Of a stretch of DNA of 55,042 nt, positions 46,904-55,042 are shown in pieces. Position 1 is the stretch's first letter; every line of letters starts with the position of its first letter. Source of the stretch: a virus. Taxonomy: Duplodnaviria > Caudoviricetes. A program made the translations under genes and the position numbers. The stretch covers positions 1 through 55,042 of IMG/VR virus record IMGVR_UViG_3300046820_000403; one strand, given 5' to 3'. The notes below the pieces were generated by a model. That model was not told the DNA's origin. It ran no database searches and saw only the letters and a program-made list of their open reading frames with translations.

Positions 46904-47135
46904 TATGTTTGACGTTATACCTTACTTTCCACTCTGGATTAAATCTATGAAAGGAATAGAACCCATTCACTGAGAACCGTGCTATCAGCTTACCATTACA
47001 TGATGTACAATATGTTGTAACAGCAGAAGAGTTGCCTGTTTGTTCAAACAACTCTTCTATCACTGATACATCCTGAACATCACCACAATGAAGACATTCC
47101 ATCTTGTCTTGTGTTAGTTTAGGCTTCTTAGGCAT
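46887..47135 (-). CDS. Zinc-ribbon protein
   Basis: CLHC...CTSC. Confidence 0.65.
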   Translation of the reverse strand: MPKKPKLTQDKMECLHCGDVQDVSVIEELFEQTGNSSAVTTYCTSCNGKLIARFSVNGFYSFHRFNPEWKVRYNVKHNEDGN

Positions 47136-47136
47136 A

Positions 47137-47688
47137 TTAACAAGCGGCTATACCAAATATTACATACTCACCCTCTGTCTCTTGTGTAGAGTGTTTGTAT
47201 TTAATAGTGGCTACGTTAGGATCCTGATCAATAAGTTTCTTCTCCATACGAACGAACGTGGTGTCTTTTGTTTTCTCTGTGTGCTCACGAGCAAACTTAA
47301 CTGCATCACCTTTTGTTTTGAATGATTTCAACTGATGATCTTCCCATCCTGTATACACATTGTAACGAAGCTCCCATTTACTGGTACCTCTTACAAAGTT
47401 ATGATACACGGTTGTTTTGATCTTGTTATCATTCTTAACAGGTGCTTTCTCTTCAATAATGAAACAATCACGTTTACTGGCTCTATACAATAAGCTATTA
47501 ATAAACTCTTTCTTATTAAGAGAACCTCTTTTATACATTACTGTAACGTCATTATAACCATGACATGTACTTACTGTACCGTTATAGATATCATCACCAT
47601 ACTCAGTGATGGCTGTTTCTACAGCAAGAGTGAATGCTTCCTTAGCACTGCTTGCTCGTTGTCTAATGTAAAAATCTTGTGCTCCCAT
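47137..47688 (-). CDS. Hypothetical protein
   Basis: 183 aa, YGDDIYNGTVST...YVIFGIAAC. Confidence 0.75.
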   Translation of the reverse strand: MGAQDFYIRQRASSAKEAFTLAVETAITEYGDDIYNGTVSTCHGYNDVTVMYKRGSLNKKEFINSLLYRASKRDCFIIEEKAPVKNDNKIKTTVYHNFVRGTSKWELRYNVYTGWEDHQLKSFKTKGDAVKFAREHTEKTKDTTFVRMEKKLIDQDPNVATIKYKHSTQETEGEYVIFGIAAC

Positions 47689-47804
47689 GTGTTTAAATAA
47701 ATGTGTGAATGTATAATATACTATGTCTGTAACTTTTTGTTTAAAAATGCTGAATAGAGCATGTAATAGCCATATTTCATTTTGGTTTTCTATATTTTTT
47801 AAAC

Positions 47805-47833
47805 AAAAAAGCCCCAGTTTTTTCTGAGGCTTT
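47805..47833 (-). terminator. Intrinsic terminator
   Basis: Minus strand AAAGCCTCAG-A6-CTGGGGC-TTTTTT. Confidence 0.75.
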
Positions 47834-47846
47834 AGTAAATGCGCTT

Positions 47847-48001
47847 ATTATTTTCGAATTGCACCTATTTTTGTAACAGATTTTGTCAATTTTTGTTACA
47901 TAATTCGAAATAATTCCGAATAATGTGTCATATAATGCACTATTATATGCAATTGTGTTCCTTTTAAGGGATATTACAAAAAATAGTGCATTATAGTGTA
48001 T
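47847..48001. repeat. AT-rich cluster of palindromes and inverted repeats
   Basis: TGTAACA-N15-TGTTACA; TTCGAAATAATTCCGAA; 14-bp perfect IR TATAATGCACTATT (47931) / AATAGTGCATTATA (47982). Confidence 0.65.
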
Positions 48002-48371
48002 AATATCCTATAAAAAACTTCTTGACCTTCTGCCAGAATGTAGGCTGTTGGTCTTTCAGAATGTACGCTTCAGGTGGTATTGTTGTGTGGATGTACGTTG
48101 TTTCAATAGGTTCATCCTGTATGCGTAAACCAAGCTGAAGCTCAAACATGCTCATGGTGAGCAATGCTTTCTTCTTATTACATTTGAATGTCTTCTGAAT
48201 AAGCTTTATTGCATCCTTACGCCACGCTTCTGTTTGTTCTGTAGTCAATGTATACACTCTCCAGAACTCTGGTGTGCTCATTGCATCCTCATAGGATAGC
48301 CCTATGATTTCCATTTGCATAGAGACCAACTTCCTGTTGATCTCTTCACGTTGTTTTTCTGTTCCTGCCAT
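47991..48371 (-). CDS. Hypothetical protein
   Basis: Coupled to the polymerase stop. Confidence 0.7.
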   Translation of the reverse strand: MAGTEKQREEINRKLVSMQMEIIGLSYEDAMSTPEFWRVYTLTTEQTEAWRKDAIKLIQKTFKCNKKKALLTMSMFELQLGLRIQDEPIETTYIHTTIPPEAYILKDQQPTFWQKVKKFFIGYYTL

Positions 48372-50320
48372 TAGAATAAACTTAATTGGTTAGCGATAAT
48401 TACAGGAGCTTTCTTGCCTCTATAATTAATCTTGTTAATAATAGTGTAAGCCCTATCTATATAATAAGAATAGTTAATGTTATTCAAAAGATGTGTGGGC
48501 TCAAGATAATTACACACTGTTACTAGCCAGTCACCTGCCTCCACTTGTGATACAGATGCGGCATTAGATGCAGAGTCTTCATTCTTTACCTTGAATAGTT
48601 TCTCTCCTGTGTTTGAGACATAGTATCTAATAAGTTTATTGTAGACCGTTGTCTTACCTTTAGCTCTGCCCTCAAAATGGAAGTCTCTCGTAGATCTTTG
48701 ACGCATAGCAAAATCATAAATATTGCCATGCTTGCAAATAGTATCAACCACGGAATCACCGTTAATAAAATAACGCTCGAGCGCAATAGGAACAATCCTA
48801 GCAGACTTATTTTTATGCAACTCAAAATCAGTAAGAAAATCGCCTTTCTTCTTGACTTCTCCACTTGTTTTGATCGCAAGGTAATCATTAACAGTCGAGA
48901 AGATAATCTTTCTATAGTCAGTTCGTTCGAGTTCATATCCCGTTAAAGTTTCCCACCATTCATTGATGTCATACATTTTGTGAATGAGTGCTTTTTGTAT
49001 TTTGATTGTGACACCATCAGTATTAGCTGATATAACTTCTATACCTGCTAAGGAATATGCTTCAATAAGCATAAGCAAGCTAAGCTCACCAGTAATAGTA
49101 GTGAACATAGTATATTGACGGTCGTAGATCCAGGACTGCATATCAGAACTCTTACCGTATACAGAATTGACAGCAAGCTTAAGGGCACCAACAATCCCCT
49201 TAATGCGTTTGTCCTTCTTAGCTTGTGGCTTAAGTTCCAAACGCCTATCAAACATCTTCTTATAACCTGTAAGGAATGATTTACCAAGGTGAGCAGGATA
49301 TCTGCCATTATTAATACCGATAGCAGGATAGTAAGAACTAACATCCCAATCAATAATCTCATGTTCTTCATCCGCTTCAAATATCTCAGGTTTATTCTCA
49401 GTATGGAGACCACCCTTTGCAAAAGTGTACGTGTTGCCATAGAATTCTATACTCTCTTTGAAATCATCTTGTAATCCTAGTGTTATATCACTGATTCTCT
49501 TCAAGAATGACTTTAGTTGTAATGTATGAAACTTAATGTTAGGAGCTATACAATGCTTCACCTTAATCTCCTTACGAAAGTATCCTTTCCTAGGTAGATC
49601 TTTAAGCTCTATGTTCTTCTCCTGACAATAGTATTTCTTAATCATCTCATCACCAATCTTACTATCAGAATAGTTAAGACATGGTATACCAAACTCAGCT
49701 TCAATATCTTGCCGTAGCTCGATTTGATTGTTGCCCTCATATAATGGGTGCGTGGTATTACCTGTGGTTATCTTATAGAATTCATAAGTGGCGTGAACGT
49801 CATTACGACAGTATTCTCTAATGAGAGCAATATCTCTCTGGGTCATGTCCACCTTTGTATGATGAATGGGCATCTCTTCAATGTTCTCAAGGTCCATCTC
49901 AAACTCTAATCTCTTCAAACTCACCATACGATTCTTATTATCGTAATGATTGATCTTAAACAAATCTATTTGCTTGAGGGTGAGAGCATCTTCTCTGTAT
50001 TCTGCAAACACATCATAGTTGGCGTCATGAATAACATCCTGAGCTTTCTGTGCTATCTTAGCACATATCTCTAGGCGTGTACACTCATGCCAGTATTCAT
50101 AGTTACGAATGATCCATTCAACCACTTGACTATCAAAGCGTAGGTTATTATAGCCCACCCAATAATAGCTTTTATGGTTTTCTACATAGTTCATAAACGC
50201 ATCAAGACTATAATGCCATTTGCTCACCATAAACTCTTTACTAGTATCCTCTTCAGGATCGTAGATATTGATGAGGAAGAGCTCCTGCATGGTCTCAATA
50301 TCGTATATTAATACATTCAT
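48371..50320 (-). CDS. polB: DNA polymerase family B (crAss-like)
   Basis: ExoI YDIET, GYNNLRFD, YCRNDV; DWDVSSYYP, KLAVNSVYGK, SANTDG. Confidence 0.92.
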   Translation of the reverse strand: MNVLIYDIETMQELFLINIYDPEEDTSKEFMVSKWHYSLDAFMNYVENHKSYYWVGYNNLRFDSQVVEWIIRNYEYWHECTRLEICAKIAQKAQDVIHDANYDVFAEYREDALTLKQIDLFKINHYDNKNRMVSLKRLEFEMDLENIEEMPIHHTKVDMTQRDIALIREYCRNDVHATYEFYKITTGNTTHPLYEGNNQIELRQDIEAEFGIPCLNYSDSKIGDEMIKKYYCQEKNIELKDLPRKGYFRKEIKVKHCIAPNIKFHTLQLKSFLKRISDITLGLQDDFKESIEFYGNTYTFAKGGLHTENKPEIFEADEEHEIIDWDVSSYYPAIGINNGRYPAHLGKSFLTGYKKMFDRRLELKPQAKKDKRIKGIVGALKLAVNSVYGKSSDMQSWIYDRQYTMFTTITGELSLLMLIEAYSLAGIEVISANTDGVTIKIQKALIHKMYDINEWWETLTGYELERTDYRKIIFSTVNDYLAIKTSGEVKKKGDFLTDFELHKNKSARIVPIALERYFINGDSVVDTICKHGNIYDFAMRQRSTRDFHFEGRAKGKTTVYNKLIRYYVSNTGEKLFKVKNEDSASNAASVSQVEAGDWLVTVCNYLEPTHLLNNINYSYYIDRAYTIINKINYRGKKAPVIIANQLSLF

Positions 50321-50418
50321 TTCTTTTGTGTTCTATCAATCCACCAGCCAGCTATTCGCATAATACGTACAACAATCTTGAACGCAATATCTTCTAACAG
50401 TCTCATACAAATGTAGTT

Positions 50419-50445
50419 AAAAGGGAGCACATTACATGCCCCCTT
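50419..50445 (-). terminator. Intrinsic terminator
   Basis: Minus strand GGGGGCATG-TAA-TGTGCTCCC-TTTT. Confidence 0.65.
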
Positions 50446-50450
50446 ATTAA

Positions 50451-50633
50451 TTAAGCTTCTAATGCTGTTCTCGTACGACGTGTTGGTAACTCTTTCATAC
50501 CATACTTCTCCAAGAACTCCTGCTTCCTACGAACGTAAGCAAGCTCCAGTTCTTCTCGATGTTTAGCAACAGCCACAGCTACTGTGGTGTTGATGTCTAC
50601 GTAAACTTCTTTACCGTCTTCTATCAATGTCAT
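50451..50633 (-). CDS. Hypothetical protein
   Basis: Coupled 60-aa ORF. Confidence 0.6.
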   Translation of the reverse strand: MTLIEDGKEVYVDINTTVAVAVAKHREELELAYVRRKQEFLEKYGMKELPTRRTRTALEA

Positions 50634-50977
50634 TATAAATCGATTTCTAATTCTTTAAGAACTTCTGCACCCTTGTATGGACGAGGTTTGATATCCACAC
50701 GACCGTAGATATTAATATCACCATTCTTAGCTCTAGTAATCTTAATAAATACCTTACGAGACTTCTCTTTCAAGAACAAGTCAAGACCATTAGTCTCACC
50801 CTCCATGTATTTACCATCAATAGACCAGCTATATCCTGTTGAACCCACCCAACCAATAATAGCTGAGTCTTTCATAGCAGGATTGATAGCAGCGATGGTT
50901 ACAGTACTGCCTGCACGAGTAACAACTTCGTATACACCCGTGTTGTAATTGTCAATGTTGAAATTTTGCTTTTTCAT
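50633..50977 (-). CDS. Hypothetical protein
   Basis: VVTRAGSTVTI...WSIDGKY...LDLFL. Confidence 0.7.
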   Translation of the reverse strand: MKKQNFNIDNYNTGVYEVVTRAGSTVTIAAINPAMKDSAIIGWVGSTGYSWSIDGKYMEGETNGLDLFLKEKSRKVFIKITRAKNGDINIYGRVDIKPRPYKGAEVLKELEIDL

Positions 50978-50990
50978 TTGGTTTAATTAA

Positions 50991-51242
50991 TTAAAGATTA
51001 TCTAATTTACTTTTAACTTCATCATATGATAGTACACATGTGAAATCCTCCCCACCTGTAAACAGCCTACAATATTCTCTTTGTTCTTCATCATCTAGAT
51101 CGATGTGAGTAGATATAGCATCTATTCTGTAGAAGGTAACAAACCTAGTTTCATGATCCTTAAGAGGTATCGCAAGATTTAATATCTCAGCGGCCTCTGT
51201 AGCATCATTGTTGTAGAAGATTTCTAATTCTATGCCTTTCAT
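50991..51242 (-). CDS. Hypothetical protein
   Basis: 83-aa ORF in the early-gene array. Confidence 0.65.
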   Translation of the reverse strand: MKGIELEIFYNNDATEAAEILNLAIPLKDHETRFVTFYRIDAISTHIDLDDEEQREYCRLFTGGEDFTCVLSYDEVKSKLDNL

Positions 51243-51253
51243 ATAATATTTAT

Positions 51254-51529
51254 TTAATTGTCATCACCATCAAAACCATCAGCCATTATATCTATACCAT
51301 CCATTAACTCCTCGTTGGTCACCCAATCAGGTAATGGCGTACCTTTAGGAACAGGTTTATCGTTGTATGCTACTAACGCAACATCATCGATATCTAAGTC
51401 TTCATAAGGTGGATCATAGTAATCACCATGGTCATATGAATATATCCAATTCACTTTAACTTCACACCACTCATCCTCATTTGTAGGATGATAGCATGTG
51501 ATGTATGAACGTCCTGCTATTTGTGTCAT
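51254..51529 (-). CDS. Acidic hypothetical protein
   Basis: GDYYDPPYED motif. Confidence 0.65.
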   Translation of the reverse strand: MTQIAGRSYITCYHPTNEDEWCEVKVNWIYSYDHGDYYDPPYEDLDIDDVALVAYNDKPVPKGTPLPDWVTNEELMDGIDIMADGFDGDDN

Positions 51530-51825
51530 TTTGTACGCTCTTTAACTTCATAACGAATACCCCAATCATCAGTGTATGTTGCCACAGTTTCATCATCATA
51601 TTCTTCTGTGCCTTTGATATCACCAATAGGCATAGAGAAGCTTTTAAACTTCTCATAGCCTATAGTGATGCTTGATTTAACTTGTCCATCCTTCATTGGA
51701 TGCACAATATAACCATATACACAACAAATAACAATAATAATGATACAGACAGCAACGACGAACACTTCGATCTTACGCTTCAAGCGTTCGATGAGCTCAT
51801 CTGCTCTCTTATCAGGAGGTAACAT
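51526..51825 (-). CDS. Single-TM hypothetical protein
   Basis: Hydrophobic VFVVAVCIIIIVICCVYGYI. Confidence 0.65.
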   Translation of the reverse strand: MLPPDKRADELIERLKRKIEVFVVAVCIIIIVICCVYGYIVHPMKDGQVKSSITIGYEKFKSFSMPIGDIKGTEEYDDETVATYTDDWGIRYEVKERTK

Positions 51826-52043
51826 TAGTCTAATATCTTAGATGTTAAACTACGTTCTACCTGGTCTTCGATGTTCTTACGACCGCGCTCATAAGCTACA
51901 GAAATCTCCACATCTGTGAACAGATATGGATTATACTGACCGTTCATGTTTAAGATGACAGCTTGATATGTATCATTGGCTGTTTTCTTCTTGTTCTGGT
52001 TCTTAACCTTAACAAGTTTACCTACTCGTGTTTTAATAGACAT
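51825..52043 (-). CDS. Hypothetical protein
   Basis: VGKLVKVKN...YLFTDVE...RGRKNIED. Confidence 0.7.
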   Translation of the reverse strand: MSIKTRVGKLVKVKNQNKKKTANDTYQAVILNMNGQYNPYLFTDVEISVAYERGRKNIEDQVERSLTSKILD

Positions 52044-52055
52044 ATATTTATTGGT

Positions 52056-52538
52056 TTAGTTACTCTCTAATTCATCATCGTCATCATACTCTTGATATAT
52101 GTTGCTCATCCATGTAACAACAACTAGTCCTTCGTATAATGAAGGAACTAGTGTTGTTTCATCGTCTTCTTCCATATATATTCCAAGCATGCCGTTATGA
52201 TGCATCATTACTGCATTCATGTCATCAATGGTGAAATCATACAACTGACCTTCGTGCTCTATCCAACCGATAGAATGTTCTTCGGCTAATAAAACAAGCT
52301 GATCGTCAGGATTTTCACTGATTTGACCATATATCTCTACATGAACAGGATATCCATGCTCAGCATAGAAATCATCATAGTAATCACTATCTAATGGAAC
52401 TTCATCCATTTGATACACATGTGTGTATGTTTGTTCACCACCTAATGTGTACATAGAACGCTCTGCAATAAACAACATACCATCCTTTAGTCTAGGTGGT
52501 ATGTAGTTCTTAAATACTAGGTGTGCTGGTATGTACAT
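52056..52538 (-). CDS. Acidic hypothetical protein
   Basis: Start set at the ATG 52538. Confidence 0.65.
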   Translation of the reverse strand: MYIPAHLVFKNYIPPRLKDGMLFIAERSMYTLGGEQTYTHVYQMDEVPLDSDYYDDFYAEHGYPVHVEIYGQISENPDDQLVLLAEEHSIGWIEHEGQLYDFTIDDMNAVMMHHNGMLGIYMEEDDETTLVPSLYEGLVVVTWMSNIYQEYDDDDELESN

Positions 52539-52923
52539 CGACGTCAACAAATAGTTTATCTAGTTCATCTTGAAGCTCAAGTATTCTTATCCGTCTCTTG
52601 GCAACAAGCTGTTGCTCAAAACGGTGCTTAAATATAGCAATCTCTTCTTTACTACGCAAGAGTATGGCATCTAAATCTGCATCACCCACTCTAGCTATGT
52701 CAATAGTGACGGTGTTTTGCTTAAATTTATCTGCGTCATACACACCAATCTCCATCTTATTAGGGAATGCACTGAATACAATACTCATGTAGTGTGTGCC
52801 TGCAGAGTGCACTTTGATGTTATCAGAAATAACTGTAACAGTTTCAAGAATGCTCTTATGTTCTATTAGAAGATTTCTTAGGTCTGTTGCTATGCTTGAT
52901 AGCTCGTTTAACTGGTTTCTCAT
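52510..52923 (-). CDS. Hypothetical protein
   Basis: 137-aa ORF. Confidence 0.65.
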   Translation of the reverse strand: MRNQLNELSSIATDLRNLLIEHKSILETVTVISDNIKVHSAGTHYMSIVFSAFPNKMEIGVYDADKFKQNTVTIDIARVGDADLDAILLRSKEEIAIFKHRFEQQLVAKRRIRILELQDELDKLFVDVDVHTSTPSI

Positions 52924-53173
52924 CTTTCTTCTTAAAGTTTAAATGGAATGCTGATGCATCCACGTTACAGAATAGTTTTTTATTGAGATACACTTTGTAG
53001 TATGGTCCATAAACACCCAAAGGATGGTGCTCATAGAAATGCTCATCACCACAACGATATGTAATGTCTGTATTGAATACCTTGTAATCTTTTACACATA
53101 TACATCTACCGTTATTGTATTTCGGTTTGTTAGGCTTCTTGTTCTTTGGCCCTGGTCTAAATACGATACGCAT
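52856..53173 (-). CDS. Basic hypothetical protein
   Basis: 105-aa ORF overlapping the next gene. Confidence 0.55.
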   Translation of the reverse strand: MRIVFRPGPKNKKPNKPKYNNGRCICVKDYKVFNTDITYRCGDEHFYEHHPLGVYGPYYKVYLNKKLFCNVDASAFHLNFKKKDEKPVKRAIKHSNRPKKSSNRT

Positions 53174-53175
53174 GA

Positions 53176-53346
53176 CTATTTATTTCTAGTCTCATACATA
53201 AACGCAAGTGAGAACGTGGCAAAGAATAGTGCTGATATCATAGCTAAGTCTGGATGATTAATAATAACCATCCAAACTGTATTAGCCATGCTCATCACAC
53301 ACAATAAGGCCATGATGACTAATGATACTACATCTGGCTTTCTCAT
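53176..53346 (-). CDS. 56-aa two-TM membrane protein
   Basis: MRKPDVVSLVIMALLC...FSLAFMYETRNK; TAATG-coupled. Confidence 0.6.
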   Translation of the reverse strand: MRKPDVVSLVIMALLCVMSMANTVWMVIINHPDLAMISALFFATFSLAFMYETRNK

Positions 53347-53660
53347 TAGTACACAATCTCTTTAAGTGCTTCAACTGTGAATGGGATACAAAACTGTGTA
53401 CCCTCTTCAATCTGTTGTTGCAATGCTTCTACTTCTTGAGAGTGTAGTGATTTAATCATCTCATTGTAATGATAATTTACTACGTTCTCAACAATAGTTC
53501 CAAGCCTAAATGCTTGTTCATGTGAGACATCAGACATTGTGATTAACAATTTGTCTGATCCTTTCACCTTGGCTGGTATATGACAACTAGCCAACTCGTC
53601 TACAATCGCCTGAATAATGACATCATTCATGTCACCATACAAATCAAAGGTTATTTTCAT
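53346..53660 (-). CDS. Hypothetical protein
   Basis: 104-aa ORF. Confidence 0.65.
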   Translation of the reverse strand: MKITFDLYGDMNDVIIQAIVDELASCHIPAKVKGSDKLLITMSDVSHEQAFRLGTIVENVVNYHYNEMIKSLHSQEVEALQQQIEEGTQFCIPFTVEALKEIVY

Positions 53661-53710
53661 TGTTTGAAAATGTTTATAATGTGAATAATATTATATACAC
53701 TGAGGAATGT

Positions 53711-53745
53711 AAAAAGAAAGAGCTCAACAATATGTCAAGCTCTTT
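53711..53745 (-). terminator. Intrinsic terminator
   Basis: Minus strand AAAGAGCTTGACA-TAT-TGTTGAGCTCTTT-CTTTTT. Confidence 0.75.
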
Positions 53746-53777
53746 ACTATGCTAACCCTCAAAACCACTTAATATCT

Positions 53778-53963
53778 TTATCTGTCAGGATGAATTGCCC
53801 ATGCTGCTACACTACTAATAACAGACAATCCTGCTAACATGGACATTTGTCTAATATCCAACGAATCAACTCTAATAATACTTGGATACAAGACAATGTA
53901 TAATATCAACATTGTACAAGCCAAGAAATAATAACTTGCAAATAATCTAATGCTTCTTTTCAT
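53778..53963 (-). CDS. Two-TM membrane protein
   Basis: Two hydrophobic segments. Confidence 0.6.
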   Translation of the reverse strand: MKRSIRLFASYYFLACTMLILYIVLYPSIIRVDSLDIRQMSMLAGLSVISSVAAWAIHPDR

Positions 53964-53982
53964 GTGTGTGAAAATTAAATAG

Positions 53983-54186
53983 TTAAGAAATAGTTTTAAG
54001 ATGTTGCATCATTGATTGATAACGCTTGAGACAATCACTATGATATATAAGATACTCATCTCTCATTTCAGCTGTGTCATCATCTATGTATCCTTTCAAT
54101 ACAACTTCATGTGTATGTATCATATCTTCTACAAAGTCTATAAGATAGGAAACATCATCATAAGGAAACTCTAATGTAATAGCCAT
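53983..54186 (-). CDS. Hypothetical protein
   Basis: 67-aa ORF with an ACACACATG start context. Confidence 0.6.
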   Translation of the reverse strand: MAITLEFPYDDVSYLIDFVEDMIHTHEVVLKGYIDDDTAEMRDEYLIYHSDCLKRYQSMMQHLKTIS

Positions 54187-54457
54187 GTGTGTTTATTTAT
54201 TGTTTAATGCTATATCTATTGATCAGCAACTGCTATCAACCTATATCCTAATCACCCTATAATTATCATAGATGGTATACACACCCCCTCTTTCTTCCCC
54301 ACTCAACATATAAATTCTGATGCTATTTTACCATTTATGAAAGAATGTCTATAATAGGCTGTGATAAAATACCACCAGTTTGTTAATGTTCTTGTAAAGT
54401 CCCACCCTTCATGGAAGCAGTATGCTATCCACCCACCCTTATATATATTAATACTCG

Positions 54458-54504
54458 TGCGTAAGCAATGCTTGCGTAAGCAATGCTCTTGCGTCAGCAA
54501 TGGC
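54458..54504. repeat. Three tandem ~15-bp palindromic units
   Basis: TGCGTAAGCAATGCT x2, then TGCGTCAGCAATGGC. Confidence 0.75.
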
Positions 54505-54510
54505 ATTAGC

Positions 54511-54535
54511 AAAAAGAGAGCCCCGAAGGGCCCTC
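54511..54535 (-). terminator. Intrinsic terminator with a UUCG loop
   Basis: Minus strand GAGGGCCC-TTCG-GGGCTCTC-TTTTT. Confidence 0.85.
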
Positions 54536-54541
54536 CTGTTG

Positions 54542-54928
54542 TTATACTCCTACTGCCAAGAGTTGCTCGATTGCCTGTTGTGACAATCCTGCTTCGCTTG
54601 CCTTCTTGGCCACCTCTTGCGCGATCTCGATATCGAGCAATGATGACTCAGAGTGAGCTGTCTTGATGGCATCACGAGTCTTGAACACTGATAGTGCTGT
54701 CAAGCGCTGATCAATGACCACACCTGTGGACTTGCCATCAGCATCGAGCTCCTCGATGTCTTTGATCTTGCCAATCGCGTAGAACGGGAATTCTACGTCC
54801 TTGTCACTTGACCAACCAAGGCTCGACATCTGACGTTGGTAGATGTGAACTCTTTCTCCCAATGCTGTGTAGCCTGAGAAGTTTCCTGCTTTCGTGAAAG
54901 CACCGTCATTAATTACGTAATTTTTCAT
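54542..54928 (-). CDS. Hypothetical protein, probable early gene
   Basis: MKNYVINDGAFTKAGNFSGY...; has its own terminator; start at the ATG 54928. Confidence 0.75.
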   Translation of the reverse strand: MKNYVINDGAFTKAGNFSGYTALGERVHIYQRQMSSLGWSSDKDVEFPFYAIGKIKDIEELDADGKSTGVVIDQRLTALSVFKTRDAIKTAHSESSLLDIEIAQEVAKKASEAGLSQQAIEQLLAVGV

Positions 54929-55042
54929 AATGTTATGAATTTGATTGTTTATGGCATGCACTTGACATGGGGGGCACACCGAATCCCCTCATCATCCTAC
55001 GGGGTTGTGATGTGATGTGGGCTACCCTCTCATGCATACGAT

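Noticed and set aside
47840-48000. Xer dif site
   Set aside because: No TTATGTTAAAT-like XerD arm found
50317-50406. 29-aa ORF upstream of polB
   Set aside because: Its ATG lies 1 nt after a TACATTTG -7-like box, so it is probably upstream of the TSS; support is too weak
54458-54504. CRISPR array
   Set aside because: Units are 15 bp and adjacent, with no spacers
54303-54666. ORFs 54303..54512 (-) and 54361..54666 (+)
   Set aside because: They run through the tandem repeat and terminator or antisense to a better gene, with poor start contexts
1-55042. Stop-codon reassignment as in some crAss-like phages
   Set aside because: Long genes are intact in the standard code, and TAG and TGA both end genes at sensible, coupled positions
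1-55042. Prophage or host chromosomal DNA
   Set aside because: No integrase, repressor, att site or housekeeping operon; recA, groES, dut and nrdJ are divergent and embedded in phage-type operons

Overview
This looks like a 55-kb segment of a large lytic dsDNA phage of Bacteroidota, probably crAss-like (Crassvirales-related). Support: family B polymerase, crAss-type primase, DnaB, SF2 helicase, Sak4-like ATPase, DUF932, rIIA/rIIB, GroES, TTTG-N19/20-TAnnTTTG promoters and A-rich start regions without Shine-Dalgarno sequences. Positions 1-23870 are mostly + strand: Gly-rich tail-fibre-like genes, a lysis cassette with a GH19 endolysin, a seven-gene cell-envelope module (two CsgG-like paralogs, a cohesin/dockerin protein, a T9SS-CTD-like lipoprotein, a stalked beta-barrel), a GT95/96-like glycosyltransferase flanked by Ser/Thr-rich proteins, a structured-RNA candidate and an array of very basic microproteins. 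An antisense glycosyltransferase island (2322-9122) interrupts this arm and includes a TibC/Aah-like heptosyltransferase. Positions 23938-54928 are a - strand arm of replication, nucleotide-metabolism and small early genes. No capsid, portal, terminase, integrase, tRNA or CRISPR array was recognised. The best candidates for new biology are a phage protein O-glycosylation system and a phage-encoded outer-membrane/T9SS-interfacing module. All family calls come from reading motifs by eye, not from database searches.
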